The translations under genes were made by a program, and so were the position numbers. The notes below the pieces were generated by a model. That model did no database searches. It had not been told where the DNA came from and worked only from the letters and a program-made list of their open reading frames with translations. Positions 36,401 through 49,524 of a DNA stretch of 64,000 nucleotides are shown here, piece by piece. The stretch lies in assembly GCA_964036045.1 (NCBI GenBank), contig OZ038379.1, positions 38,750,001 through 38,814,000 on the forward strand, given 5' to 3'. Source of the DNA: Eutreptiella sp. 'Long Island Sound 2002'. Taxonomy: Eukaryota; Protista; Euglenida. How positions within the stretch are numbered: position 1 is the first letter of the stretch; each line of letters opens with the position of its first letter.

Positions 36401-39400
36401 TGACGGAAGGACGGCTTCCAACAACAGAGGCAATCCTTGGGGGTGTTGCTTCCGAATATCCGAAGTGTTTCTCCCGACCAGCTTGGGCGAGAATAGTTCC
36501 TGGACGCCCAAGTTGAACGAAAATTGGCTGCACCAAATGGCTAGGATGCCCGCAGCACTACGCGCGATTGACCTGAGGATTTGGGAAAAAACATGCCAGG
36601 TATTGCATCTAAAAACTCCTAGAAAAAAACAATTCCTTTTTGTGCCATTGTGCAACATGTGTTGCGGAGGGGTGGGCCGGTAGAGGCAAGTGGACCAACC
36701 CGCAACTCAATACAACACCAATCCCATCCATCAGCGTGGAAGCACACCATCACCACCCAACGAACACGGCCCCGCCCATGGAAGTGGGTCCCCAACAAAG
36801 GAAGTGGGCGAGGAAACATTTTCAACGAATGAACGGGGAAAAGTCCATGGAGATGTATGTCGTGATAGCTAGGGTGTTGCCTATAAAAGAAAGAATCAAC
36901 AGAGCACTGTCAGTTTCAGGTACCGGTAGTTTCAAAGGACACACCACACCACAACAAACCCTACACTTGGTCTGCCACTGCCGAAACCCCCTATGGGAAG
37001 CTTCACGTGGTTATATGACATTTCCATGGCCTTTGTTCGCGTCTACTGGGTGCAAGCTCTTGCCCGCCCCCACGCCTAGTGCAAAAGGTGTGCACACATG
37101 GAATATTATCCTCATTGTGCCAATGAACCCTCCAAGTGGCATCCCTCAACACCACAACAGACCGGCCGCGTGCATGTTTGCTCTTACCCCCCCCCCCCGA
37201 ATGCCAAAACTCTTGGGAGTACACAACACGCCTCCGCAACTACAGCTGCCAAAGAGCGGTACTAGCAGCACGAGAGCGCACGACACGTCTGCAATCGTGT
37301 GCCCTAGCAGCAGTGTTGCACGTGCTCTACACACGGCATTGACCTAGCTTCATCCCCGCCCATCACCTCTAGCATTGGTCTACAATGCACCCTGGGAGCT
37401 TTGAAAATCGATGATAGTGGTTGATGGCCTTCAAGTGGGCTCAAAAGTCATGAACGATGCACGCCAAGGATTTTCCGTTTGGGAGAATTTTTTGGAGAGC
37501 TTTGCCCCTTGAAAGGCGCACCCTCCGATGGCATACGGCTCCGCAGAGTGCAAACATAGACCATGGTGCCTCGCGTGCATGGCCATCATGCCGCCCCGAA
37601 TATAACATTGTGTCTCTGCATTGCATTGTTGTGATGCCCCATATGCCTTTGTATGACACTCTCGCTGCCCACCATATTTGCTATGGGTGTCTTCCGTGGC
37701 CTCTCCAGGAACATGCTAGCTACATTCCATGTTGTTCACAAACACCTTGCGCGGCGAACATTTTCACGGTGTTGTATGTGTTTCACGTCATGACTCGTGT
37801 TTTCCGCATTGGCTAACTCAATACATGAGCTTGAGCAACCAGCCTCGACGTATCGTTGCCTTCGGCTAACACTATCAATTCTGTTGTGCCTCTTCATTAC
37901 ACATCCAAGGGTACCATGAGTTCCATCACCACCTCCGGGGCTTGCCGGTCCCTTTGTCACACACACTACTAGGCGTCTCTCACGGGGTAGGATGTACTTC
38001 ACCGTCCGCTGTAGCAACAACCGCCTTTTTGCAACGCATGGTATTATGTGTTTGGGTGCCCAGACAGACGCGTCTCAGCTTGTCCAATCGAGGACCCTAT
38101 GTGATCCCCACCCCCAAAGGGCGTTGCTTGAGAAGGGGGGGGCAAAGGGGAGAGGGGGTCCAACAAAGCGGGGGAGGGACCCCCCCCTTACCGAAATAAA
38201 CCCTCTCCACTATGAATTGCAACAAGGCACCACAGTGACACATCTGGCATGAATATTTGTCATACCATCCAAGGTCAAGTAATCAACTTATCTTTTGGGG
38301 TCCATACATTGTGCCCTCACCCAAACACCACCCGCAAGCACAAACATGACACAGGGAGGAATGCTGATTGTTGTGAAATTGTCTGCCCAAGAACAATGGA
38401 AAGTTCGACTCACCTGAGCCTGGCTCACCCATGTCTTGCTCTTCTGAACCGCAAAACGAACCAAAAGAATCTGAGCTTCATGACCAGTTACGGTACGGGG
38501 CGCACACTTCATATAGGACACCATGCATGTGGAACATGCTTTTTGTGCCATATTGTATGCCGCTTACATTTTCTTCCTAGTCCATCGATGTTGGAAGCCT
38601 AAATACAGGATCGTGCGGATGACATCGACACGTTTTGCGCGGGGACACGGTTCATCTGGGGGGCCAAAGAATTAAACGTACCTATGGGATGTTGTGACTT
38701 TGTGTCTGCAACAGAGGGAAGAAGTGATAGGAGTGGAGTGACCAAAGAACCCTGCTATAGGTACACACAAGGCGCGAGAGGAAAGTATTGACCCAAACGA
38801 AAAACAATTCACGGAAACGTGATTATTAGGTGAATTAGAGCGGAGGGGGAAGGGGGGGGGGTCCAAGCGGGACGGGTGCCCCCCACAACCCCGCCAAGAT
38901 GAAAATCAAAGCAACCCCGCCGTACATTAGATGTAACCACCAACATTAGTGGTAGCAACGTTGTGATTGGCTTGGTTTTAGTATGCGTGTCACGCTTTGT
39001 GTTATCGCAGCTGACTAAATGTCTTGACTTGCACATTCCGCCCTCAGCAGCACACCCCTTTTGGGTTTCAATTGCAAGATGCTCTGGCTCCTATTGCACT
39101 CTTTTCCTCTTTTTGTGTGCCCCATCTTTGTTACTTTGCTCCAAGCTGTCCCTCTATTGTCCGTTCCGTGCTATTGCGCTCTCATGCTAAGCCGGCATGG
39201 GATACGTGGCCATTATGTACTTGGGTGGAGACCACCAACCGGGCTCCATGGACTGGGCAGAAAAGCATCGTCCTTTCAACCACTGCGCACTGGGGAATGT
39301 CCTTGGTCACGTTGGCGAGGAGTGAGAGGTCATCCGCAGCATGCTTGGCCTCCTCCATATGATGCAACAAGGGATGGTACAGTGTGGTGCATGAAAGTGG

Positions 39401-41103
39401 AATGTCCCTCCCAGTCCCCAGAATTGCAGTATACCATCTCCGTGGGCTCAGTGGCCGTTCGTAGGTCAAAAAGAACCCCACACATTCATATGCAGCAATG
39501 TTCGGCAGTTGAACTCAAAGCCTTGAGCAACACAATTGCTATGCGGAATCTTTGCTCGGCGGGTTTCTTTCCGCCCAGTGAGACTGTCTTTTGTCAACCA
39601 CCAAGCGATTTACCTAGTATTATACAGTAGCGTGCTTTTCAGTTTTCGTGGTTTTGGCTTCCACTTGCGTGATGCTAATCCTCATTGATCAAGCTACACA
39701 TGGCCACTAAATTTGAAGCGGAGGGGTATTGACAGTTAAAGTGTGAGGAGAGTGGGGAAAAATCGTTGTGGTGTCCAAAGTGCAGTGTGCCCCAATGGGC
39801 GTCCGCAGAGCGTGAGTAACAAGACTTTTTTAATGAAAAAAAACCTAAGGGGTCCAAGGATGTATCTTTAGTGTGATGCAACGCATGTGTTCTTACGTCC
39901 CGAATTTTACTGATTTTGACGACTGTTGGTCACCCATAATTGTTTTTTCAAGTATACCGCAACCGAAATGTCTGGATGGTTATGCTCCAAGCGCCATTCG
40001 TTACCCACCAACCATAATCCATTACCCTTCAATCGCCGACAGTCTTCCGCCAACCGCTATTGGTTGCCGTCCACGTTTTTTGAAACAAAAAGAATCTTGT
40101 CCACTACAAAAAATTCCCAGTGAGTAAGAGTGAAATCCTCTTCGCTATGTCGGCTAAACCATTGGCTACGGGGATAATTGCCTACAAAATTCCGAGTAAG
40201 GTGGTGACTGTCACCGCCTATCGTCCATTTAGGCGGAGATCACCCACAACACTGTTGTAGTTGCCGTGCCGTCGCTACTGCAGGATTCATTGAGTGCAGA
40301 CATGCTAATGAGTGGGTCGTCATCTCTATCAAAAAGAAGCCCTTGAACTGAAAAATCAAAAAATAGTAGGTACCCACCCGGGGAGTCGTTAACATCGTCT
40401 TCATCGTGCAGTGGCTCTGCTTGACAGGGAGAGAAAGAGCTTCTTCTTGGGGAGTCAAAAGCAGCTAATAACGAACAACACGGCCGTGATGGTAGTATCG
40501 GACACTCATATGCCTCAGAATCGAATGAAAATCTGAACTGTCGAGGCGGCGAAGGAGTCCGGATGGGCAAACCCAGCCGAGCGCTCAGAGGCCTGTGTAC
40601 ATAAAGAGGAGAACGAGATCGCCCTGTGTTTGCTAATTCCCCAACGAAATCAGTACCATGCAATCCGGTGTGGCTCAGTAGTTTCAGGTAGTGCAGAACG
40701 GCACGTTAAGACTCAACAAATTCAAGTAGTTGTATCCCAAAACAGCATTCAACTCTGGTCCTCCTACACCTACCCAGCCATTTTGCCCCCATCTCACTGG
40801 TTGCCGCTACAGCCCTGAAAAGGCATATTCTAAATCCATAGCCCGGGGGGGGGGGCGACCCCTGGGTTCTGGACGCCAACTACCCCCCCCCCCAACTAGT
40901 TGTTGGCCGGAGGCCCCTTGCGGGGGGGGGGGGGGGGGGGGGGCATTGGAGGGGGGGGTCTAGGAGGGGCAATGGGGGGGGGGGCTCCGGGAGGGTCGGT
41001 TGGGGAGGGGGGTTCACGTGGGGCGATTTGGGGTGTTGGGGGGGGGGGCACAGGCTCCCCTTACCTCCCCTTGCCCTCCCTCTAACCACAGCATCACCGT
41101 AAA

Positions 41104-41310
41104 CCTAACCCTAACCTTTGCAGCCAGTTGGTCTGGCCATGCCAGCCATGTTGATTGGGCTGAACAAAATCCCTGCAATTTTGTTCATGGCTGCTTTTGC
41201 CACATCATTGCTCTCCATTTTGGACCCCAACACTCACTCTGTCCCTAGCCTAGGGTGAGAGCCAGGGCTAGGGTTAGGGCTAGGGTTAGGGTTAGGTGTA
41301 GGGATAGGAG
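41104..41310. repeat. Short degenerate interstitial telomere-like repeats
   Basis: CCTAACCCTAACC at ~41104 and CAGGGCTAGGGTTAGGGCTAGGGTTAGGGTTAGG at ~41263-41296. Confidence 0.55.
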
Positions 41311-42399
41311 TAGGCTGAGGGTTGGGGGTGGGTGTTAGAGTCGAGGTTGGGTTTAAGGATAGTGTTGGGGTGCAAATTGGACAAAATGATCCATAGCATA
41401 ATTTCCGATTGGATTATCCGAAATGCCGTATGACACCCACTACCGAAATATTGTAAGCCCTACTTATGGAATGTGTCATCTCCCGGGGAAGTGGGGCACA
41501 ACTCTTGGTATTGAGCAAAAATGGTGCCTCCATATCCCCCCACCCATCTTGATTGTCGCTCCCATTTCGCCGAGCCAGAATTCCAAGCAATAACGAAGCC
41601 CTGGTCCCAAAGTTGGGAGTGTCACGAGGTATTCAAGACTCCCCTCAACCCCCAAGCTGGGATCGTTGCCCCATAAGTTCAGCACCACCACATCGTTTAG
41701 TTGGTTTTGTTGCCGCTGCAAGCAGCCGCTGCGTGGTGCATCACTGCCGGGGGTCCGACCGCTATTGTACATTGGGGCTCTGGTGGCTTGCGGGCATTGC
41801 GCCAAAAATTGTTATTTTCCATTTCTTTGTTTTTTTATTGCACGCACCACCAGACTGAGTTTAGGCCATCCGGTTGATGGTGTGCATGGGCGCCCGGGCC
41901 CATGCTGTATGTACAGCATGGATTGGGAAACATGCACCTTCCTATACTGAGCTTCTTGTGTGTGAGGAATGTATGTACGTAAGGGACATTGTTAGGGGGG
42001 CAATTCATTGCTACAGTACACTCCATGACGCGGTGTGGCCTGCCACGCATGTGCAGAGCCCTCCAGTTTTACGCTGAGAGGAGACCATCATACATGTAAG
42101 GTGAGGGGCAGAGAGGTTCCAAGACGAACAACAGGGAGGCACGCCAAAAAACACGGTCCCGGACGGATCAAGGTGTGGGATTAATCATCCCCCAATGGGG
42201 CTGTGTCCCAGCAGATAGCGGACCTAGTGAGCTAGATGCCGTCTTTGTGTTGGAAGTGTTGCCGTGCGGGGGCCAAGTGAGTTGCATAGCGCAAGTGTCC
42301 CCCCTTTTGTTGGAGCGTGAGTGTTTGCCACCCATGCCCTCAAGCGAGGGGGTGTATTTCCGCTTGAGGAGAAGGCGACGGCCGATGTCGGCCTCTGTG

Positions 42400-43600
42400 G
42401 CCAGGCGACGCTCCTTGTGGGACTAGGCGCTTGCCAGTCAGTGGTCGGAGATCGCCATCCACCAGGCGTCTCAGTCCTGAAGTGTTGCCGGGCACTCATG
42501 GGAGCCGCCTGGGAAAATAGGACACTCTTGTGTCTGCCCGCTTGGGCATAGCTGTGGTAGCACCAGTCCGGCACCATCCTGTCGTGTTCCCCCTAGAACT
42601 AGCGGGACCCATCCCTTGGCAGGCCATGCAAGGACAACGTGGAAAGGTGTGAGTAGCATGGGAGTGAAGCTGTAGGAGGGTGTGGGCTAAATGTTCCCTC
42701 ATGGTGAATGAGGTACGAGCCACGGAGTGCCCAAACCAGAAGCGGAGGCTAAAAATGGCAGTGTGCCAAGCGTTTAGCGTCTTCACGGGCCACACAGTAA
42801 GCCGCTGCAGTCCCATGGTCATATGAGGCTTTTTCCAGACGTGGGCGGCCACATCGTGCCTCGTGGCCGTCCACACGCGGTGGGTGTAAGCTTGCCCACA
42901 CATGGTGTGACAAGGCCTTGGCGCAAAGCCCCGGTGTGGAGAGAGGAGAGGGGGGGATTGCCGTAGACACGGAGGAGATACGCTCCTACACTTGTTGGCT
43001 CTCCGGGTAGGAGAAATCGGGCAAGCACTCACAAGAGTGCGTTGCTAGCGTCAACAGCAAGACATTGTGTCATCAGGGTGAGTGTCGTGGTCTTTGGTTA
43101 TGGTCTCACCCGTTTTCGCCCGCGTGTGTGCTTTGCATGCCGCTTCGGCTTGTACTTCACTTTTTTGTATAGGCTATCCTCAGTGAGGAGCTGCTAGACC
43201 ACTTTCTTGCGTAGTGACGTGTGCCACACTGGCGTACTGGACGCAGTCACTATGTGTGCGCCCAGCGGCATAGAAGGCATGAGAACGGACTAATGAAGGA
43301 CAACGGTGGTGATATTGGTGCCACGCCACCCGGTACTACAAGTCCCGTTTTAGTGTGTGTGGGGGGGCGGGGGGCTATCGATGAAAGACAGGGGGACAAG
43401 CAATGTAGAGATGTGCACTTGGTCCTCAAGGGACGTTGACGAAAGCCCTGCCGAGCGATGCCCGCCCACGGCTTCCATGTCTGCACCCATTCTTGCACAA
43501 AGACGGGTGCTAAGCAGCACAGTGTATAAACCGGGTATGCGGTGTGTCTCGATGTGTGTCTTGACACGGCTCACCATGCACTTTTCTCTCCTCGGAGGGG
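42400..43600 (-). pseudogene. Decayed non-LTR retrotransposon reverse transcriptase (CRE/NeSL-like motifs)
   Basis: CLAVDASNAL (RT motif 3, like LDxSNAFN), RVYGNPPL...GALRQG (motif 4) and further broken downstream motifs. Confidence 0.5.
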
Positions 43601-44217
43601 GAGGAGCTAGCAATGTTGCCACACAACCACTGCAAGGCAGCTTGACGCCGCCGCGCACGTAGTGGAAGCCAAGTGACCCCGTGGCCTCCTGGGTGGGTGG
43701 GGTGGCGACGCAGTGCTGCGATCCAGTTCTTGGCTAGCGTGGGGGCTTCTGTCCCACGTAGAGTGATGCTTCAAGGCAAGGTCGGAGTAAAAAGTGCTAG
43801 GGGTGTACCCCTTGTGAATGGGCGACAACGTTCCTTTTCAATGGGCATTGAACCTAGTATGAATGTGGCAATGATTTGCCGTAAAAGTCCCCTACCTGCC
43901 CCAATTACAAGGTAGCTATGTGCCGAAAAAATCTAGAAAAATATTCCCGAGGGTACTACAAACAAGGCTGACCCATCCCTGGGGCACTATAGCCTCACTG
44001 TCCCCATTTTCTGTTCCATATCCTCCTTGTTAGGTTGTCTATGCGAACTGATTGTGCATTTCGCGCGAAAATCACATGAGGTTGAGTGAATTCCCACATG
44101 ACAAGACACAAAACCACAGGGTATGCGAAACAAGAGAAAAAATTTTCCAGATTTGGTTCACGTGTCAACGCCGCCTCTTCCGGGCCCGGAATCGCTGCTT
44201 CGAAGTTTCAACATAGC

Positions 44218-45700
44218 CTAGGTCACTAAGCGCCTTTCGGCGTCCTCAAGCGGCAAAGAGTGGCACACGTCTGGGCCCTTAGCCGCGCATGCTCCGCTTG
44301 ATGGGATCCCATCCCTCGCGGCGGAGACGGTCATCAATGGTGGGGTTATCCACAACCACCTGCCGGCCAAACCCAACTTGCCCCGCCCGAGGCTTAGGCC
44401 CCCACTATTGTGCAACATGCGCTTCAGTCGCTGGTGGCTCCTCTCCATTGCAAAACATGCAAATTTGGAGAGGATTCGCCACCGCAGAGCAAAAAAATAC
44501 ATGTGGTCTATCCACAAGTGTTGGGGCTGGTCCCCTGAACCGGACGAGCCTTTCCGCCGCACCCAGCTGCCCCCAGATGCTCTCGGCCGCCCCATCCATG
44601 CTTGCATGCTCGCAAGGAAAACCAAATCCCCTCCCGGTTGATAGGGTGGGGTGGGTGCGCTATGCCTGCTGCAGCTCCTCCTACGGCTGCTGCTACTGTT
44701 GCTGTTACCTTTGCTGCTACTTCTACCCGAAATGGGCAGAAAGGTGCTGCTTCCGGGCGTCCTCTTGGCCATGCGCTCCGCCATTCTCCGTGCCGCCACG
44801 GCCGCTTGCTTCTTGCTTCGCGAGACCTCAACCTGTCTACGCAAAGATTCCAATTCCTTGTTGCGATGCTGTGTCTGTTGTTGCTACTACTCCTACACTG
44901 AATGGATGATCTCGGGGTGCACGGTGTTGCCCTCGGGAGCTAGGGTGGCCGCTCGGGGTACTTTCCTTGGCCGTCCAGTTCTACCTGGGGTGCAGCTCCT
45001 TGCGCAACTCCTGGCCAAAGACCGATTTGTCGCGTCATCATCCCCCTCCCCCACTTCTTCCCTCCCCGAAGACCCCCCGCAAGTCCCCCAACCGACATGG
45101 CTGCACATGCAAAGCCATGCATTGTCGAGCCGGTCATCATTGCGTGGCCCCCTATGCCTAAGGCCATTCAAGGGCAACACCCTAGCCCACTGCAGAACCT
45201 CCCCCGGACGCTGAATGGCGGCATCCACTTCTCAATGGCCATTGTTGAGATGGTAGCCGAAGCGAGCCACCAAAACCTTATTCTCCTGCGCCCACCCCGC
45301 GGCAAAACCCTCCCTCATGTTCACCAGATAGGGGAAGCTAATGCTACGGGGGCCATCGCCTGCTCGCTGATTCGGGGTGGTGACATTCAAATTCTACTGC
45401 CCTGGGCAATACACCTCGAAGAGAGGCCGACAGTGAGCCAATCAATCAGTTAGGAAGGCAAGCGGTCATTGAGATAGTCATTCGGGCAAGCAGCCAAGCA
45501 GACAAAAACACGGTGCGAGATTTTTTGTTAGTCGCCAATTCGGTTTCAAGTAGTGGGGAGGAACGCATACATAACGGCAAGCAGTGGCCGAATGGTAATG
45601 CAGCCGGCCCCTAACCGTTTGGTCGGCGGATCTACCCCAGTCTGCTAACCACAACGGCGGCGCTGCTGACGACAATTGGTCCACAACGATTCGAACAACC
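44218..45700 (-). pseudogene. Third RAG1/CMC-fold transposase remnant (A3)
   Basis: QHLWIDHMYFFALRWRILSKFACFAMERSHQRLKR matches the H-x4-H ... E series (RAG1 YFHKTLAH...SEGNE; CACTA MYPFER). Upstream part is heavily broken. Confidence 0.6.
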
Positions 45701-45934
45701 TACTAAATTCTTGCAGCCACCTGCGTTCACATCCGACGACGAATGGTTCGAACAACGCACCGCATCCCCGCTGCTTGGATCCTTCGGAGCACAAACTTTT
45801 GACCCCCCCCCAACCCCCTCCCAAAAAAAGTGATATCCGGTTTTACGGGATAGAGGCCTCATAACCAAAAAATTGATGGGGGGGTTGTCTTATTGGGCAG
45901 AATAATGATTTTACAAGGGGTTGGACATCAAATA

Positions 45935-47600
45935 TCATGCCTTGGGGTATGATGCGTGAATGACCCCCCAAAAAAGGGAGGTATACCTTGCCCGCGCGGA
46001 CGCTTGATCTAACCACCTCTCTTCGAGGTGACTCCAGGCTGCTGCCAAAACTTCACTATGACCCCTGCTCCCCAAGGGCACACGTACCTTCCAGGCAAAC
46101 ATGGTGCCCTGCTCTGGGCAAAGAGACAGCCTGTCCAAGTGGGGCCGCTGTACCTTGTGCCCCCAATGCCACGATTGGGCATGGGGATAAAATGGATCTG
46201 GGGATCCAACCTGGGATCGGGTTTGGACTCAACCCGGGGCTCCGAGCCGGACTGTGACGTCAGATGGGACCGTTTGGGGCTGTCATGCGGCGCAAGCCCC
46301 TTCTCAGGGCGCTACTCGGTGTGGCTCTTGAAGCGCTTCTCGGCGGGGAAGGAGTTGGGGTGAGGGCTCAAGCAAGCATACTTGTGGCAAGAGAGTGGTG
46401 CAGTAGCCATGTGAAATTGGTGTGAAATTGGTGTAAAATTCGTATGAAATTCGTGCAGAGTTCCTGCAAAATTCATGTAAAATTGGTGGTACAAAACGTT
46501 CCAATCGGAATTCGATTGATGCGAAATTCGTGCGAAATTCTCGCGAAAATGGCATGAAATGTGCGTACGCAACCAAGTATGCACCCCAACGGAATACCTG
46601 CACGTCAGATGGGCAGGTGATAGACCACAACCCCGACTGTTGCTTGCTTTGGGGGCCTCCAGGCAGGGACTGCGTGGATCAGCTCCCATGCCAATCGCAT
46701 GGTGGGTCGGTGGGAGGCCATCGGCAAGGGCAAAGCGGACAAGGCCGTCCACGTCCGTAGGCCCGGTCTTGCGGACGTGGAGCTGATAGGGTCCCCGTCA
46801 GAAAATGACTTGGCCTTCCCCGACTGGGATGTGGGCGATGTGGGGGTTATTCCGCGAGAGGAACACGGGGTGGAACTCGCAAGTGCGAGTGACACCGGTG
46901 TCCGTTGGCATCCATCATATCTTTGATAGCAAGCCCAACCGCTGCCTCAGACCCCCTCCCCACCCACAATACTTGGTGCCAGGTTGGAACGAAGACTTCA
47001 TCTAGAGTCCCCGTGAATCCCTTGATTGGGGGGGCATGCCATGGTGCCGGCATGTGGATGTAACCACCAACAGATCACCCTGGGTCAGGTGCAACTCATC
47101 AAGTCCTGCGTCACTCACCGTACGCACAGCTTGCCTCGACTGTGATCCGGTATTTGGAGGACAACATAGCGAAAGTGGAAAAATGGTAGCAAGACAGCTA
47201 GCTGCCCATCAACAGGAGACACCACAGAGGGGTCCCGAGAGGTATCATCAGTATGGTCAAGTTGGTCAGCGGTATCTTGTGACACAATCCTTGGGGCTGG
47301 AATCATGTGGTGGAGATCTCTAAAACCCTTATCTACATGGGCATACTCTTCACCACCTGGCGCAGAAGTGGCTCAGTGAGGGAAGTCGAATTGCTGGGCT
47401 TCAACTGCCTTCTCTCGGGTGTCCGGCACTGAGCCTCCGCACCCTGATGGTGGAAAATGTGGTCAAAAAAGCGGACCACTTTGTCACTCCCCCCCTCAAA
47501 AATTTGTTCTCCCTTGGCCCATGGTGGGCCAGACTCCCCCTCCGACAGCAAACCCTTCACAACGGTGTACCACGGGCCTTCCACAAAACTGTTGGCAAGG
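45935..47600 (-). pseudogene. Decayed LINE ORF2/RT fragments
   Basis: EPLLRQVVKSMP (pre-RT), KGFTG...RGSEAA (motif 2-like), LVRFALADGLPP and SRGCGLSPAHL (like RQGCPLSP). Confidence 0.55.
46409..46562. repeat. Degenerate 12-bp micro-array (GTGYRAAATTSG); related array at ~48470-48600
   Basis: GTGAAATTGGTGTGAAATTGGTGTAAAATTCGTATGAAATTCG... and GTGCGAAACTCGTGTGAAATTGGTGCGAAATTC. Confidence 0.75.
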
Positions 47601-47959
47601 GGGGGGGGGTATTCTCGTCCAAGGGGAGTTGGGGGGGTGGCATAAAAGGGGGGGTCGGGCGAGGCACTTGTGCGGAGAGGGGGGGTTGCAATGGAGGTAG
47701 GGGAAGGCGAAGCTCGGTACCAGGCTTAGGATGTGGTGGTGTAAAGGGTGGGGGTGGTGAGGTCACGAAGGGGTTGCCTGGGGGCCACCCATGGGTGGGT
47801 GGGGTTGACGGCAAGATCATCCCACTAGTCGGACTGGGAGATATGCCATTGAAAGGAGAGGGTGGAGTGGTCCTTCCTTTCAGGAATGCCAAATTCGTGC
47901 AGGGGGACCATGCCACATCCCAGGGGGAGGGTGACAAGGTTGTCGACAGGGTACACCTT

Positions 47960-48022
<63 letters not shown>
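47960..48022. repeat. (CA)n microsatellite, about 30 units
   Basis: Direct reading; shorter CA/TG runs at ~7140, ~9133 and ~9328. Confidence 0.98.
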
Positions 48023-48026
<4 letters not shown>

Positions 48027-48710
48027 GGGCTTACCCTGCCCTTGCCCTCCCATAATCCCCAAAAAACTTTCCACCGTCTTCTTCCCCGGAATAAGCCTTA
48101 GGGCTAAAATCCCTGGAACAACCCCTTCAACCCTACCCACAACCTTGTACTCCACCCCTTGCAGTAGTACACTTGAGTGCGATCTCCGGATCGCACTCAA
48201 GTGTACTATAGTGGGGGGAGGGGGCGGTTGATGTTGGCCCACCCATTCCACAATTGACCCCAAAGTTAGTCATCGGAGTCATAGGTCGCCTCCTCCAACT
48301 GATCGGCGACGAAGGGGCGGGACTAGTAGTGGGGGTGCATGTCGGCGGCAGGGTCTGGCACGGACCCTAGCCGAGACAAGTGTTGCAGCATCTCAAGAAA
48401 AAAAGCTCTATTGCACAGGGGAAACAATGAGAGACATATGGGAGACATATGTGACATGAATGTGAGCTTGATGCTAAATTTGTGCGAAACTCGTGTGAAA
48501 TTGGTGCGAAATTCCCATTCGTCTAAATCATGGGAATGACCTGTGAATGTACATGTGAATGCGAGTGTGAATGTAACTTTTTGTGAATCAATGTGTGCGA
48601 ATTTCAATACGGTACCAAAGTTCATTTTCGGCGTCTGAACTTTTGTTGAATTTTAAGAGAAGAGAGCACAACAAACGGGCACGGTAGTAAGGCACAATGT
48701 AAAGAATGAG

Positions 48711-48960
48711 TCAAAAAGCGGTCACATACTTGGATTCAAAAGGGCGGTTCACAAAGGGTACGGGAAGGGTCGTAGCTAGTTTGGCCAGCCGATCTACCTC
48801 ATTGTTGCGCAAGATATCAACTCGCCGTGGCACATCGCCTGTTCCGACAGTTGGCGGTGGCCGGGGATCTAGCGCAAAGTCAGAGATTTTTGTTGGATCA
48901 CGTGAGCGGCCATCTTGCAAAGGTCAATATCTGACACTTCGCGGTGGAGGCCGTTCGATG
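48711..48960 (-). pseudogene. RNase H C-terminal fragment, retrotransposon-derived
   Basis: ILRNNEVDRLAKLA resembles the GNExADxLAK RNase H motif. Confidence 0.5.
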
Positions 48961-49524
48961 GGGCGTGACATCGAGCACAACAGGGGTAGGGGGGTTCGTT
49001 TCGCCATCCCGTCATGGTGCAAGGCTTCCATCCGCTCCTCCTCGGCGGCTGCGCCACACCGCGTCTTGCGGGCCATCTCGCTTGTGGCGGTGGCCAACAA
49101 TTAGGGCACATCGCCTGGTGAGGGGTGGGGGGGTCCGCTTGGGCAACTTGGCGCGATGTGGCCCCACTGCCCTTGCCTTGTTAGTGTCTGCTCGGTGCGG
49201 TATCCGCGGGTCATGTCGCTCTCAACGATGGCCGTCCGGGCCGTCGAGTTGTGTGGGGTCCTATGGGGGAATGTGGGGTGCCGGGGGAGGGGTGGTTGTC
49301 ACCGTTGTGGGTGGCGGGAGCACTGTGGGTGGTGAATCACTCTTTCTACTGAGCAAGGTTTTGGATTGTTAACATCTGGTTTTCCTATTGCAGAGCCGCT
49401 TCTCCCCCATATTGGCGTCCGAATTTGAAGCGCCACCAATCCACTGCGCAATCTTCGGTGAGGTGAGATTCCAAAAATTTTCCCTAATGGCAGACATTTC
49501 CATACCGTTTTGTGTCCTTTCTAA

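Noticed and set aside
33450-40900. Numerous 60-235-aa ORFs
   Set aside because: No motif, no colinear series and no paralog I could recognise; probably decayed element sequence, left unannotated.
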